The translations under genes were made by a program, and so were the position numbers. Source: Gnetum montanum (lineage: Eukaryota; Plantae; Gnetophyta). From it: a stretch of DNA of 64,000 nucleotides. Below are positions 38,801 to 53,800 of the stretch, one piece after another. The stretch is from positions 737,228 to 801,227 of the forward strand of contig MNCI01001451.1 in NCBI GenBank assembly GCA_015680685.1. Direction: 5' to 3'. Within the stretch, counting starts at the first letter, position 1, and each line of letters opens with the position of its first letter. The notes beneath the pieces are model-generated. The model had not been told where the DNA came from. It saw nothing but the letters and a program-made list of their open reading frames with translations, and did not search any database.

Positions 38801-41800
38801 CCATGAATTTCTTTGAGTTTTCTGAAGCATTAATTGTTCTTCGTTAATGGAAACAAAAGCTTTTTAACATCAGGAATAGCTAAAGTTTCCTAGAAAGTTG
38901 TTTCTCCCTTTCTTTCCCATGGTTCAGTCTCTGATCAGCTTTTCCTTTAGAGAAATCAAAAACCTGACAAGCTTTTAAACATGGAATGCATTTAGGTATT
39001 ATAAGGGCTATGAGTTGATTGAATTCTGTAATTGCATGTATATCTTTAAGAAATATTTAGCAAACTCCATTAAATATGTAAGTACTTATAATTACATCAT
39101 GTCTTAATTCCAGTTTGGGAAAGTTGATTGAATTCTGTAATTGCATGTATATCTTTAAGAAATATTTAGTAAACTCCATTAAATATGTAAGTACTTATAA
39201 TTACATCATGTCTTAATTCCAGTTTAAGAATTCCCAAATGACATTTCGGTCACATGCATTTTCCCCAGCTTTTTTTTTTTTTTTGGAAAAATAATTATTT
39301 TTGTTCATTTGTTTTCAGATCCATACATGTGTTGCAGGAGGCGGCAAGGTGCTAATTCCAGTTTTTGCGTTAGGAAGAGCACAGGTATTAGTATTGTATA
39401 CAGAAGCAAACCACGAATATTTATAAGTGAAAATTAATTTGCAGCCTGAGAAAAAAAATTTAACCTTAAGAACCTTTACTAGAGACTATCATCATGATTT
39501 ACATGTAGGAAATAGATGAGCAGTGCTTAGCCACTATCCTCATGAACATCATTGTGCACATGGAAATGATGGTTCTATGAGGAAAGCTATGATGAATTCT
39601 AGGATAGTAGGAGAAATGACCATATAAACATTGGAGCTGTCTGAAATAGATAGAAATATGAGATACCACCTATCAATCACAATGGATTTCTGGTTACCTT
39701 TTAAAAAACATAGAGAAAATTTGAAATAGAATGAACATCAATTATTTAAGGGTCATAATGACCCATTTCTCTTAGGTTTTCATCTTTGATATATGTGGTA
39801 GTGCTTGTGAGTCTGCTTTGGTGTGATTATGAGTGGTTGTGCTCATTTGTAGAACTATTTTTCATCTGATCATGGCGATAAATTTCAGTGCAATTGATGT
39901 GCTTGGGATGATGAATTTAAGCAATGTTGATGTGATGATGGTGATGAATTTAAGTGCTGTTTTTTTTGGAAGGAAGGTTAGGTAAATCATATTAATAGAG
40001 TAAACATCAGGTACAAAACATATTTACAACAAAGGCCCCAACCAAAAATAGGGCAAGATCCCCCTGCAATAAGCCCTCCCCTGGCCTATACACACATAAT
40101 AAACATGGCAGCCATTAATCTGAAGCAGTCAAGACCAAAATTGGGCTGAGAACAAACCCAACCCCACCCAGACCCAATTCCCACATCCAAAAATGATACA
40201 CCCCCCAAGCACAAAAAAGAAACATAGGAGCCCCCCTAAACATGGCAAGGAAGAGAAGAACAAGTGCATTGGAGGGCCACTTTGCAGTGGACCCGATCTA
40301 AAATACCCTTGAGTTGTGTAGAGGCAACAAAGTTCGTCACCTGCTGAAACTCTAGAAAGTCCTGTTCCACCTACAAGCGCTCATCATCTGGCATATCTTT
40401 AGTCTTATCCGGGTGATACCTGGCAGCCACTAACTGGATATGCCTCCACAACTCAGTCCACAACACTTCATTGTTGATGCTGATCTGTTTATGTTGATGT
40501 GCTTAATGATTTGTAGGATTTGATGTTGATTGGGCAATCTATCTATGATTGCATTATTGTGATGGATTTGAGTATTATTAATATGCTTATGACTTGTATG
40601 TTCAATGTCACCTCTCATATGTATTGGTTGAATGGCCTATAATTCATTGTTGTGATTAAAACTAGTGTTCATGTGTACTGCTGTGGAAGCATGAGCTATG
40701 TAGTGGTTGTTGGTTTAGCATCTATTAATAAAATAAATGAAAGAAATGTTGAGAAGAGATAGAACTGAAATCTTGTATTGTTTATGAGATTACTACTATG
40801 CTTTGATTGTTTATCTGATTTATGACCTATATCCATTGGAATGATTTCATTTATTAATTAGAATGTTCTTTGTGAATTGTATATTTAGTATGGATGTCTC
40901 ATGTACATGCTTTGTTGTTTGTTGATATAAGTTCTGGATTCATTGTCTCTAGGTGCTACTATGTGAATGGTAATTATTGATCAATCAGATTTGGAAAGAG
41001 AAGAATAAGGTCATAATTGGTATGATCCAATGCTATTTTATAATCTTGATATGTGTAAATTATTTTTTTAAAAGAGGAGCCTGACCTATGAACCAGGTAT
41101 GACAATGTTAACTTTTCTTTTGGAGGAATAAAATTAAATAAATCAAAAATAAAATACCCTATCAATAGCTGTAGGAAGGTTGCATGATGACCTTTCAGTG
41201 CTCATAAGATGCTTATTGTATTGCTGGGTGCTTGAAGGAGAAGGTGTTTCCTTGGCATCATAGTTTAATTTTATGCTTTCCTTAATTTGGATGAGAGTTG
41301 TTTCTAAATGGACTGGGGAATACCAATAAAGATTTGGGGTAATTTGGCATAATGATTTGCCAACAAGGGTTAAGGATCCTTGATATGAGAATTGGTACTG
41401 CTGGTAGAAACTGAGAGTATCCTGGTCCCATCTTAATTTTGGAAATCTTAAAGTGAATTTCTGAGTATTGGCATTTTGGTGATTTCTCAAGTTTGGCATT
41501 AATTTTCTTTTAATAGAAGTGATCTTGAATTTTTTGTAATGATTCACCAACTTGTAGAGTTCTTAACCGTATGTTAAAACCTTCTTAGTTTTGATTTAGT
41601 TATCTTTCTACAATTTGTTGAGCAGAGGGGTTAATAAACAAAAAACAATATAATTTAGATGTTTACTTTTAGCTACAGATTTTCATGATTTGAAATTGCT
41701 GAAATATTGGCTGTGGACTCTAGGAAAACTAGATGGATATGATCCGAGAAAATTTCCCATATATTTTCTTCTAAGATGGGTCGGCAAATGTGCTGTATAA

Positions 41801-44800
41801 ACAGCTTGATAAGAATAGCCTTGTTTTTGTTATGGCTAAATGTATAGCAGATTATGATATCAGTAACAAATAACCCTTTGTTTAGTTTGGTATGGTAGCA
41901 AATGAATTTTGCATGTTTCCCTTTTAGACTAAAGCTAGAGCTGGAAGTATGATTGCATTACTGATTTCAGGATAGTATGAATTTGGATTTCTAATTACGG
42001 TCTACTTATTTCACATTTGCTTTGTATTTGAGATGATTTTGTATTTTGAATGTTGTTTTTTTAGAAGGAAGGTCAAGCAAATCATATTAACAAAATAAAC
42101 ATCAGGTACAAAGCAAATTTACAAGAAGGACCCCCACTAAAAACGGGGCAAGATCCCCCTCCAATAGGCCCTTCCCTGGCCTATACACATAGAAAACACA
42201 ACAGCCATTAATCTGAAGCAGTTAAGAACAAAACTGGGTTCAAAACAAACCCAACCCCACCCATACCCAATTCCTGCACCCGAAGAATCCACACAGCCCC
42301 CAAACACAAGCAAGAAACAGAGGAACCCCCTAAATATGGCGGGGAAGAGAAGAACAAGTGCACCTGTGGGCCACTTTATAGTGGACCCGATCTAAAATAG
42401 CCTTGAGTTGCAGAGAGGCAATACAATTTGTTGTCTATTGAAACTCTAGAAAGTTCCGTTCCACCTACAAGCGCTCATCATCCAACATATTTTTAGTTTT
42501 ATCTGGGTGATACTTAGCAGCCACTAATTGGATATGCCTCCGCAACTTGGACCATGGTGCTTCATTGTTGATGCCCAGAAGGGTATATGGGCATTTGCCG
42601 TTTAACAACCAATGCTGAACCTTGACCTCTTGAGCTTTTCCAAAATGCTACTGCATTTGGAGCTCTTCCATCAAGGCATTGTCGGCCTCCTCTTTATTCA
42701 TGGTTTTCAGACACCTAAGCTCTTCCTCCTTCTGACAGAGTTCCTCCCTCACTTGTCTATGTAGCACTTCCTCCTATTCTTGCCATCTCCGAGCTTCACG
42801 GCACTCCACCTATTGCCTAAGAAGCTCTAGCTTCTCTTGGTGTTGTCGCCACTCAGCCAACATCTTGGCATGAACATCTCTCATTTGCTAAAGGATGATT
42901 GCTTTCTAGCGGTTTCACTCCTCCTTGCTTGCTTGCACCACTGCATCCTACAAAAGTTGATTGATATCAGGAGTTTCCACCTAAGCTAGTTGATCCCCAA
43001 AATCTGGCATTGGGGGAGCAGCCGAAGAGGAAGCCCCCACACCCCCTACCAAAGAGTCACAGGCCACACCCTATAGTAATAATTCTTGTGGACTATTGGA
43101 TGTGGCACAGAATCCCATGGCCTAGTAGCTTGCTAGAGAGCAAGAATTAAGCCCGAATGCCAACCTTGACGACCCCTACTCAGGGACTCAATGAAGAACC
43201 TTGGCAAATTAATAGGGTGTGACTCCTTCATACAACAAAGGAAAGCAAAGTGAAGCCATTGGAGCTTCCAGCTGTTAGCAGACTAAACAAAATATCAATC
43301 GATTGGCTCTGTTGCTGCCTGCCACACAGTAGGCAGTGTTGACTTAAGCACCTGACCACTAGACATCCTAGGCCGATCAGCCGGGAAAAACATAGGTGCA
43401 TCTTGTAAACCCTAGTAGGTAGATTGACTTCACCAATAGCAGGCACTCCCAAATAATCCGCAATGGCTTGCTTAGTAAGGTTAATGGTTAGCCCCTAGAA
43501 GTAGGTGCAATCCCCCAGTCAATTGCATAGAAACTAGCATCAGGAGGGTTAGGGTCCCCAACAAGTAGTGGCAGCACATCAGCCCACTTGATCCGCTGGA
43601 CAATTTCTGACAACTCCCTTTTGTGTTGGATATATGTTGCCTTTGGCTCAAATGTTGGGGTAACACCCATAATGGCACAAACCTCCCTCCATAGCTGCAA
43701 TGCCAAAATCGCAACCAATTCTGGGGAAGTGACCTGTTCAGGCCAAAACACTTTAGCATTTCTAGCCTTCCACATATGCCACAACACTAGTGTAGTGAAA
43801 TTGTCTCCTATGGCCAGTAGTGACGGAGGCCGGTGCACAATCTACCAAACCACAACAACGAATGAACAACTTAAAAAGAGGTGTTGGGTGGTTTCAACAT
43901 TATTTTGGCACATTGGGCAGCAATCATTATTGGTAATGCCCCGCCATTGAAGATGCAATCTAATTGGGAGCACGTCATGTTGCAGTAGCCAAATGAAACA
44001 TTTGAGCTTCTCTCGCATCTTACGATGCCATAATTGTTTCCATCCATCCTGTGGTGGCGGTTACATGATTTTTAGTGTATCCATCGGTAGCAACCCCAAT
44101 GCACCCCAGCGCCCTAGCTTGTGTGCATGGGCGCAGATATTATGCCACACATGGGAATCATTTGGTCCTGACGCCCATAACATGTACTTTTGTCTCATTA
44201 TTCGTGCCCAGGGGGTTGGTGCTCATGCGTCTGCAACAAATGATTGATAACTAGTTGATGTCACGTAAACAAGATGTCTTCAAATTTCAAAATCCCCAAA
44301 CCAGGCCTAGTGACTTGATCCCAACAAATTAAGTGAAGTCTACTTCCCCCCTTCCCACTAGACCAAACAAAATCCCCAATAATTTGATTTAATTTTGCTA
44401 TCACCCCTTTTGGAGGGTTAGCCACCAAAGCAGTGTACCTAGTAACCGCCATTAGCACTGATGAAGCCAGTCAAACTTTGCCATGTCTTGATAAAAATTG
44501 GTTAGATCAATGCTCAATACGGCTCAAAAGCCGTAGTACTAGGGGCATCCAAGTAGTTTGTCTATGCCATGAAAATAAAAATCCCAAGTAGGACTCTTTT
44601 TCCACACCTAGCAACATTCCCAAAATTTGACAGACTTGCCGATGCACAGGAACATCTGTATCGAAAAAATGAATGGCTGACTTGTCCCTATTTGGCTGAA
44701 ACCCCACCTCCTCAGCCATCCAGTCAAGCGACTGGTTAATCACCTGTGCTTGAGGCACCACCACCCTAGTCATAATGATTGTATCATCGGCATAGTGCTC

Positions 44801-47800
44801 AACAAGGCTTGTGTAAAATTAAAAAGGTAAAATATTATTATGCCACTGAATGAATTTGAAATTGTTGTTTCATATTTTTCTTGTAGCCAATTGTTTGGCT
44901 GAACAAAATAGTTGATGGACTGTATTCAGATATAATTTTTTTATGGTCAGAAAAATCTGAATTTGATTCTTAAATAAAAAGAAAATCAGATCTGTACACC
45001 GTGTCAAAGGAATCTTGCATAGATTTTTACGTTAGCTATTTATTTTTCATAATTGTCTTTTATTAGGAAAAATAGTATTTTTGTTTTAAATTAAAATATG
45101 ATATGCAGGCTATATGAATAATACAATTTCAAGTTTAAATGTTTTGACATTTCTATTGCACCTTGGATGCATACTGTATATTAAAAGATATTTGCTGATT
45201 AGTTGCTCCCTCTTCCCTAACCTACATGTTTTTTTGGAGCAAATTTCGGGACTATATTAATAACAAGAACAAAATATGTACAGTCATGGACAAAACATTA
45301 GGGTTTGAGCCTTGGTGTAGCCACTCAAAAGAGGTTAGGCTTTCACTCACCCAAAGACCGCCCCAGGACTTTGCCTTAGCATTGAGCCTTTGGGTGATGA
45401 TCTTTTTGATCCTTTTTTTAATGAAGTCTTGAATGAGGGAATAAAGAAAATTATTAAATAATTTGTTAATTTATCATTTACTCTGTTGGTGCATAATGAC
45501 TTTTAGTTTACATTCTTGGTACACTTTGGTTGTAGCTAAGATGTTTGAAATGATGACTTTTTGGGAATTTGAGATAGTTTATGTAATTTGCTTTTTGTTT
45601 GACTTGTATAGGAGCTTTGCTTATTGCTAGATGATTATTGGGAGCGAATGAATTTGCAGGTTCCAATATACTTTTCATCAGGTAAATTGCATAAGAACTT
45701 TTAGACCGCCATTAGGCACTTCCCATGTTTTCAGCACATGCAGTGGATAATGTAATATCCCATTGGGCTTTGGTAGAGTGGTCCACTAACACAGTTATTA
45801 TGTTAACTAGGTTTGACAATACAATCAAATATTTATTACAAGCTACTTATAAGTTGGACGAATCAGAATATTAAGGAAACATACGTGACAAGGAATAAAT
45901 TTGACTTCAAACATGGTATGCTTGACCAAAGGGCATGCCTTGGCTATCTTCCTTGCACTCTGTTTGCTTGAATTTCTACGAATTACTGCATACATTTGGA
46001 TATTTCATTTTATGGGTAAAATTAGTTAGGGATATGTTTTTTCTATACAGGTGAAAACTAAAAAGAAGGTTTTTAAATGATATAAGTTTAGAGTACAACC
46101 ATAAATTTCTTGGGATTTTAAAGATCAACCAAGGAACACAATCAAGGATCCATTACATAAGCATCCAATGTAGAAAAGATAGGAAGAATAAAATGATCAC
46201 CTTTATGATTCTAATATATTTGGAACCTTGGTTTACAGCCTATAGGCTTGTGAGTTGTAAAGACACAGAAAGTTAAATATTATACATTCACGTTTTAACA
46301 TTTTATTGCCAACCATCATGTTCTTGGTTTGCTTTGAGTCACCTAAAATAATACAGGGATTTCTTTCCTTCCAATTTTGAAAGAGCACATGTTCTAGCAA
46401 TGTGCTCCAAACTTCATGAACGCATTATGCTCGATCATTTTATATGAGGTTGCTGCCAAAATTTTTAAGATTTTAGTGTTATAAAACGCTGACCTGTGGC
46501 TGTCTAAACTTATTTGAGATGTGAGCAGTTGCTGGTAGTTAATAAAGATGTGTGCTAGCCTTTGAGACATGAATCTCTAGAGCTAATGCAAGAGAAACAA
46601 TATATTGTAACAGCAAAATGGAACCCACCTACTAAAACTGCCAAACTTAGTGATGCACTTTATATAGGGTAACAGAGTACAATCACTATATGCATTTTTA
46701 GAAAACAGTTGCTGTTGCTAATCATTCTTCTTTGTTTCATCCAGTTATCTCTAGTTGAAATCTTTTCTTTTACGGAGACAAACTTATGCCATGGTCTCTC
46801 TTTATTTTCATGGTTGCACAAGATCTCAAATAATATAGTTAAAGGACCATAATTCATTAAACTACTATTACATTATTGGATTCCCAGCTTTCATGGTTCT
46901 TTATGCTGCATACATGCAAATATTGGTTGTAGATATTTTTAGACATCTTATTTTTAGATGCATACCGTGTCATATATATTGTGGTATTTGCCAATTAATG
47001 ATTTTACTTGTAATTGCTATGCAATACAATGGCATTTCAAAATTTTATATTGAACAATATGCAATATTTCTTTGTTCTCAACCTAACTGATGTTTTTCTT
47101 TTACGAGCTTTTCAGTTGCTAATTTTGATCGTTCTTTAATAAATGCACCTGGACCATGTGTTTTGTTTGCAACACCTGGAATGATTAGTGGTGGCCTCTC
47201 TTTGGATGTTTTCATACAATGGGCACCTTCAGAGAAAAACTTGATTGCATTACCTGGGTAACATTTTATCCCAAGTTACGTTTTTCAGTTGTGTTAGCGT
47301 TCATTTGTGATACGATTAATTCATGAGAACCTGTTTGGCTTTTGTTGATTATGTAATAAAGTCATAAAAGTATAAGGGAGACTTTGCAGATGATAGTGAT
47401 TGTAATTTAACTAAAGACCGTATCTGTAACTTGGACACAAATTCTAATAATTGTTTCTGTTGCATTCAGATATTGTGTAGCAGGAACTGTTGGCCATAAA
47501 TTAATGTCAGGTAAAGCTACAAAAATTAAGTTGGACAAGAGGACAGAAATTGATGTTCGTTGTCAGGTGACTTTCTACCTTTCCTCTTAGGTCATCTTGA
47601 AAGGTCAAGTTATGGTAGGATAATACCATTTCGAAGATCTTCTGTTCTAAAATGTTGTGTTTTGTAGTTCTGAATCTTGTGTTTATTGCACCTTTAATAT
47701 GATATTGTCAAATTTCTATTTTCTACTCTGATAGATAGTTAAGATATGATTTTTATGATCTTTTTATATTTTAAAAAATAATTGGCTTGTTTTTCTTTAT

Positions 47801-50800
47801 TCTACCAATGAAAATTGATTGCCATGCTATTCAGATGTATGGAATGCATTTATTAAACACTGATTATGATAATAGTTGCATTTTAGGTATTGCAAATTCT
47901 TTGTATATTTGAAAATTGTGCCTGCACTTTTTTTAAAGGTAGTGGCCACTTGGGGGAAAGGGTTGGGTGGGAGTGGGGTTCTTGATGTTTAAATTATTCC
48001 AATGAATAAATTAAATAGTCAAATAGTCAACTGGAGTAGGAATGGGAGTGAGAGGGTACAAGTGGCATGGATGAACAAGGATGCTAAGATGGTGTGGAGG
48101 ATTAAGAGGATTGGAGTGGTAAGGTGGAGTGAGCGTCAGAAAGGCACAAAGAAGAGAGGGGGTTGGAGTGGTGTAAGAAGGGAGGAGGATCAATAGGAGG
48201 GTTGGGCAGTAGGTGGTTTGGGGGCAAATGTTGGGTAGGAAGGCTTGTGAGTTTATGGAATGCAAGGATAGAGGGGTAGCATAGGTGGAGGCGTGGATGA
48301 GGTTGAAGGTTTTGATGGGCAAAGTACTTGATCATTGGGTATGGGTGACATTGAGGATGTTGCATGGGTGGAAGGTAAGCTTTGGATTAGGATTGTAGAC
48401 TCACTATTGGCGGAGGGGAAAAGTGCATTGGCTAAGTGTTTGATTGGGAACTTTGTATTGTCTAGCCTTGGATTGAGGCTTGAGCATTTGGTTAAATGGA
48501 TGGCCACGACTTGGAAGAACCCTGTTGAGATTAGGACTTTGGTTGGTGATCTATTGTTCTTTGCCTTTTTAGATATGTATAACAAGGAGATAGTTTTCTA
48601 GGGGACCCTTGGTTCTTCATGACCATGGGTTTAGCCTTGATGTATTGGCACTGAGGTGTCCATAGGGACTTCAATTTATTTGACTGCCCCTGTTTGGGTT
48701 AGGGTGCATAGCCTTCCTTGGCAGGTTTTTAAGGGGATTTTATTTCTCTTGATAAGTTCACTACATTTATAAGTTAGATGGGTTTTGTATGCTTTTGTGT
48801 CTGGAGGAGTCTCAAGCATGCAAATTTGGCATCTATAGTTCTAATGGAGATGGCTGTAGGCATAGAAACACTTAGGGTTGAGTTTGAGAATGTGCTTTTT
48901 GTGGACAGGAAAAAAGGTTTCGTTGGGATCATGAATAACCAACAATGGGGGTCTACAATAGGTGATGACAAGGTGTTAGTTCTGTAGAAAGCAAAATCGT
49001 AGTGGAGTGTATGTTTTGGAAGAAGTGTGAGGATTTTAGGGTTCCTAATCAAAGTCCTCCCAAGTTTTGGGGGACCTGCCAACAAACATGATCATATCAG
49101 GTCTTTGCTTCTACCTAGAAGCCAAAGGTGTAATAATGAGCTATTAGCCTAGTGGTAAGACTCTTGTTTTGGAAATCCTAAGTTGTGGGCTTGATTTTGG
49201 TGGGCAATTCTTAGTTATAAAGTTATGATTAGACTATATGTCTTAGTGTGTACCTATATTTCAATTATTCTGGGTTCCAACACCCCCTAGAAGCCAAAGG
49301 TGCAAACCTTTGTTAAACCCCTCAACAAGACAAAGGCTCCTACATCTACAAACAAGTTCTAGATCTTGTCAGAAGTGATAGGTGAGGATGAGGTTTATGT
49401 GGTTCTAGCCAAGCTGCCTTCTTCCCTAGGATAGTTGAGGTTGTGGAGGAGAAGCGGACATTGAATTAGAATGTGGTTTTGCTGGTTGTAATAGGGTTGG
49501 TTGTGACATCGGATAAAGCTGTGTCCATGCATGAGGTTGTGACTAGCTTGGCTAGGGTGGTTGGCTTTAGTGGGGTGATTGGATTAGGTGTGGAATTTGT
49601 TTTGGTGGATCCTAGGGTGTAGGTTATGGTTGGTTTGGATGTTGTTGATGCTATTGCATCAAAACTTCTTCCTCTGGGGCCTTGGGTAATCCCTTTGTAG
49701 GGTTTTGTGACTTGGGAGGATGTGTAGCACCTTATTCTAAAGTCCACCTTGCTTGTTGGGGATGAGGTGTAAGTAAAGTGTAAGCTTGGGCACCCCACGA
49801 TCACGACAGCCTAGGTGAGGCAAAGGATATACAGAGAAATATTAATTTGAAAAATGAGGGGACTTGAAGGAGGTCTACCAGAAAAGGTTTCACAATAGAC
49901 CATGAAGCATAACTCTTACAATAGATCATGAAGCATAGCTCTTACAATAGGCCATGAAGCTTAACTCTTCGAATTTTAGGGGGCAGGGTACTTTCTAGAA
50001 AAGAAATACCCTCAAGATTTGGTAGAGGAAGGAAGAAAAAACTGTGATTTGATTCTTCTTTAGCAGATGAAGGTTATAAAAAGGCATTAGGAGCTGTAGT
50101 AATGGTTTGGGTGGAATTCTTGCTTGGTCTTCCCATAGGGATTGGTTGAAGGACTAACAATTCTCTCTAAAGAGAGACTCAAGGTCATTTTTGAATTAGA
50201 TTGGTTGTAGATTGTCTATGATGATGCTTGGGATTTATGAATAACTAACTTCTATGATCCAAAAGGTAGAAGATAGGATCACTCATTGAAGTGCTGTAGT
50301 TCAATTGGTGTAGGATAGGGGAAAATGGATCATTGTGGGAAATCTTAAATGATGCCTTTTTGTGTGGCAGAAAGCAGGGGTAGATCCGTTTCCTCAATTG
50401 GTGTGGAGGAGATACATGTGCTAATGGATCAGTTTTTATTAAATTGACTTGCAACTCCATGGATGCAGCTTTACTTGGAGCAATAGGAGAAAGGGGACGA
50501 AGAGAGTGATGACCAAAATTGATTGGGTTTGGGTGTTTGCAAATCTGATGGGAGCTTATGATTTTTTATTGATAGAATTAGATATGAGGGTGTCAGACCT
50601 CATCAATGTTTGCTCTTAGTAGGATCAACAGTAGGTAGACATCCACCATTTAGATTGGAAACATTTTGGATAGGTAGACTTAAGTTTAGTGATGAAGTAG
50701 AAAGGATTTGGAAGGGCTATCGTATAAATGATGAATCCTTGAGACTTTATGAAGAATAGGTTCAAGAGAGTAAAGCAGTTCGTAAAGGAGTGGCCTTTGG

Positions 50801-53800
50801 AGGAGAAGTTTCCTTTTAGGTTTCTTAAACAAGGTTGGTTACAATGTTTGTAGGAGGTGCAATTTGGGCATGAATAGGGCTAGGATTGGCAAGAGGAGGA
50901 GGTAAAGATCATTGTAGAGTTATATGACTTCTATGCAAATGAATAATTCTATTGGAAGCAGACGTCTCACATGACCTGGTTAAAGTTGGAAGATTATAAT
51001 ACAAAGGTTTTTCATGTTGTGGCTAAAGCATAAAAAGGAGCTAAGAGAATACACATGATTAGGATGGGGGATATAGTCTCCATGAATGAGGATGAGATTG
51101 GTGTAGAAATGAAGGATTTTTGGAGACGTATATGGCAGAAGAAGGATACAAGAAAAATATCTATGCAGATTAGAAAAGTGCTTAATACTCAAGACAACAA
51201 CTAATTAATTGTTCTTGCTCCCAGTGAGGAAATGTGGGATGCTATATCCTTGATAAGGATTGGGAAGGTGCTAGGTCTAGATGGGTGGCCAACAAATTTT
51301 TTTAAAGAATTCTACAATCTGCTCAAGGACAATTTGTCGGATGCTTTTAACCTAATGTTGAGGCAGGGGCATGTACACAAGAAAATTAATTGTTCCATGG
51401 TGGTTCTCATCTCTAACTGAGCTGATCCCAATACACCATGTAATTACAAACCCATAAGAGTTTGCAATACTTTAATGAGGGTATTCTTAAAATTTTGGTG
51501 AATTACTTGTCTCCCATGTTGCATAAACTTTTTGGGGAGCATCAGGCGGGGTTTGATCCTAATTGCCTCATTCAAGGTTAGATCATCATGAGTCAGGAAC
51601 TAATGCACTCTATGTCCAAGCATTAATTCCTAGTTATGTTCCTTAAGCTCGATAGAGCCAAGGCTTATAATTCTCTTTTATGGGATGCATTACTAGAGAT
51701 TATGCTCAAGGAGGGATTTCATCCTCATTTTGTGATGCTATGCATTAACATTCACTAGACTGGAGCATACTCTATGGACATTATTGTCAAGTCAAGAGGT
51801 TTCTTTAGTCCACATAGGGGTCTTATGGAAGGAGACCCTCTTTCTTGATGTCATGTTATTGTTGTGACGGACACTCTACAAACAAACTTGGAGGTGGCTA
51901 GTGTCAAGGGCATGCAAGTTTGTGGGTTTAGGAGGTTAGTTAATCACTATGCTGATGATACCGTGCTCACTACTAAGGTGTTAGTTCTTGAAGCCAAAGC
52001 TATCAAGAAGGCTTTGGAAAGTTTTGAGGATGAGCATGGGTTGGTGATCAATTCGGACAAGGCGGCTGCACATTTCTCTGATACTCATCACAATTGGAAA
52101 GAGCAATTACAAATATTTTACTTGTGGAAGGGATTTATTTAGAGGATTCATTATAGAGTGTAGAGTTGGATGTGTATGTTTTCACTAGTAAGGGTAGAGT
52201 TCTTCTGGTTTCCACTATATTGGCAGCCATTGCAAGGTATGTTGCCTCTATATCTGTTTGCCCAAAGTAGGTGGTGTCCTGGGGGTGCCAAAGTTCAAAT
52301 ATTGCATTCTTGCTGGCTAGTTTTGCATTATTCGAAGACTTCAAAATCACGATGATGCAATCTTGGCTACACTTGTAATGTGAAAATATTCATCATGGTC
52401 CTCTTCACTAGCTAACTCTTGTATCTAGTGGGCTCTCTGCAATCATAATAATGTCGTCTTTGAGTTACATGTGGATCAGAATGGTACTTCGAAAGATCTC
52501 GTAATGGCAAAGTATAGGAATATTGATGGCTAGCATAAAATATGACAAGGATGTATAACAAAGAAAATGAAGATGTTTGGTTGGGTGTGTTCTTAATTCA
52601 CTGCAACCTGACCATCTTTAAACATTGTGCTCTTTGCATTGACGGGGGTTCCAACACAACAGAACATCTCATTTACATGTGTAGCTATAGTTGCCAGGTT
52701 GGGGCTCTTGTTGACATTTCTATTGAACAGAGTTATTAGGTGATAGCCTTTGTACCATTGTCGTGTGGGTCATCTAGAAAATTGGGAATCACGTTGTTTT
52801 GTTGGGGTACGTTGTTGTTGACACCCTGAGAATTGCTGTTAATAGTGTGTTGGCTTGAGAGGGAGATTGTCATGAACATGGGACAAAATTTTACTTTTGA
52901 GCCTAATTGTGTTAGCTTCATGTAGAACTAGAAGCTTTTGGAGCTATTGACTACAATTGGTTGTGATGTCTTGCCATTATTGCAGGGAGGATGGGACCGA
53001 AACACAACTACCTTTTTTCAGCACTAATGGGATGCGTATACACAGTTTAGGGGAATAAGGGTTCTTGTTTCTAAACAAGCTATTCCTAAGGTGTTGGGAA
53101 TTTTAGTGGATGGTGAAATTGTGTTGTCAACTGCCAAAGGTCTGTGGGATGTGGTTGACTTCTTTCCCGATAGGGTACCTATGGTGGCAGGTGGTTAAGT
53201 TGTGCATTCCTCTTTACTTCCTTTCTAGCAACCAGTTTCTGAAGTTATTGAAAGGTTTCTTGTGCAGTTAGGGAACATGTCCAAAGTCAATGGAGTGCAC
53301 TTTGCATTTCTAAAATGCTTGCTTTTGCACCATAGGTTGAATATACTGAGGTATTTTCTCACTTGCTTGTAGAAGTGACATCCCACCAAGCAAAAATGGA
53401 AGTGACTCTTGTTAGCTTTTAGGTAAAAATGATTGTTCAAAAATATTACTAAAAAGGCACAAATGGAAAGTATACCCTGTAAGTGTATAGTCAGTTCAGT
53501 AATGTATCCTATGGTTTGTATTAGGCTGGACATAGCTCATGTCACTACTATTATAAGTAGATTCATGAGAAATCTAGGTTGGACACATAAGTAGATTACC
53601 ATGAAATGGATTCTACGGTATTTAGAGGGAACTCAATCTTACAAGCCACCCATTGGAGGAGGAAATCTATAGGTGACAGGTTTTGTAGATGCAAATTTCA
53701 TTGCTAATTTGGACACTAAGCATTCAGTCTCTTATCGATTATGCGTGTATCTTTAGTAGAGGTGTTGGTTGGTTGTTAGGGTTACATCTGGTAAGTTAGC

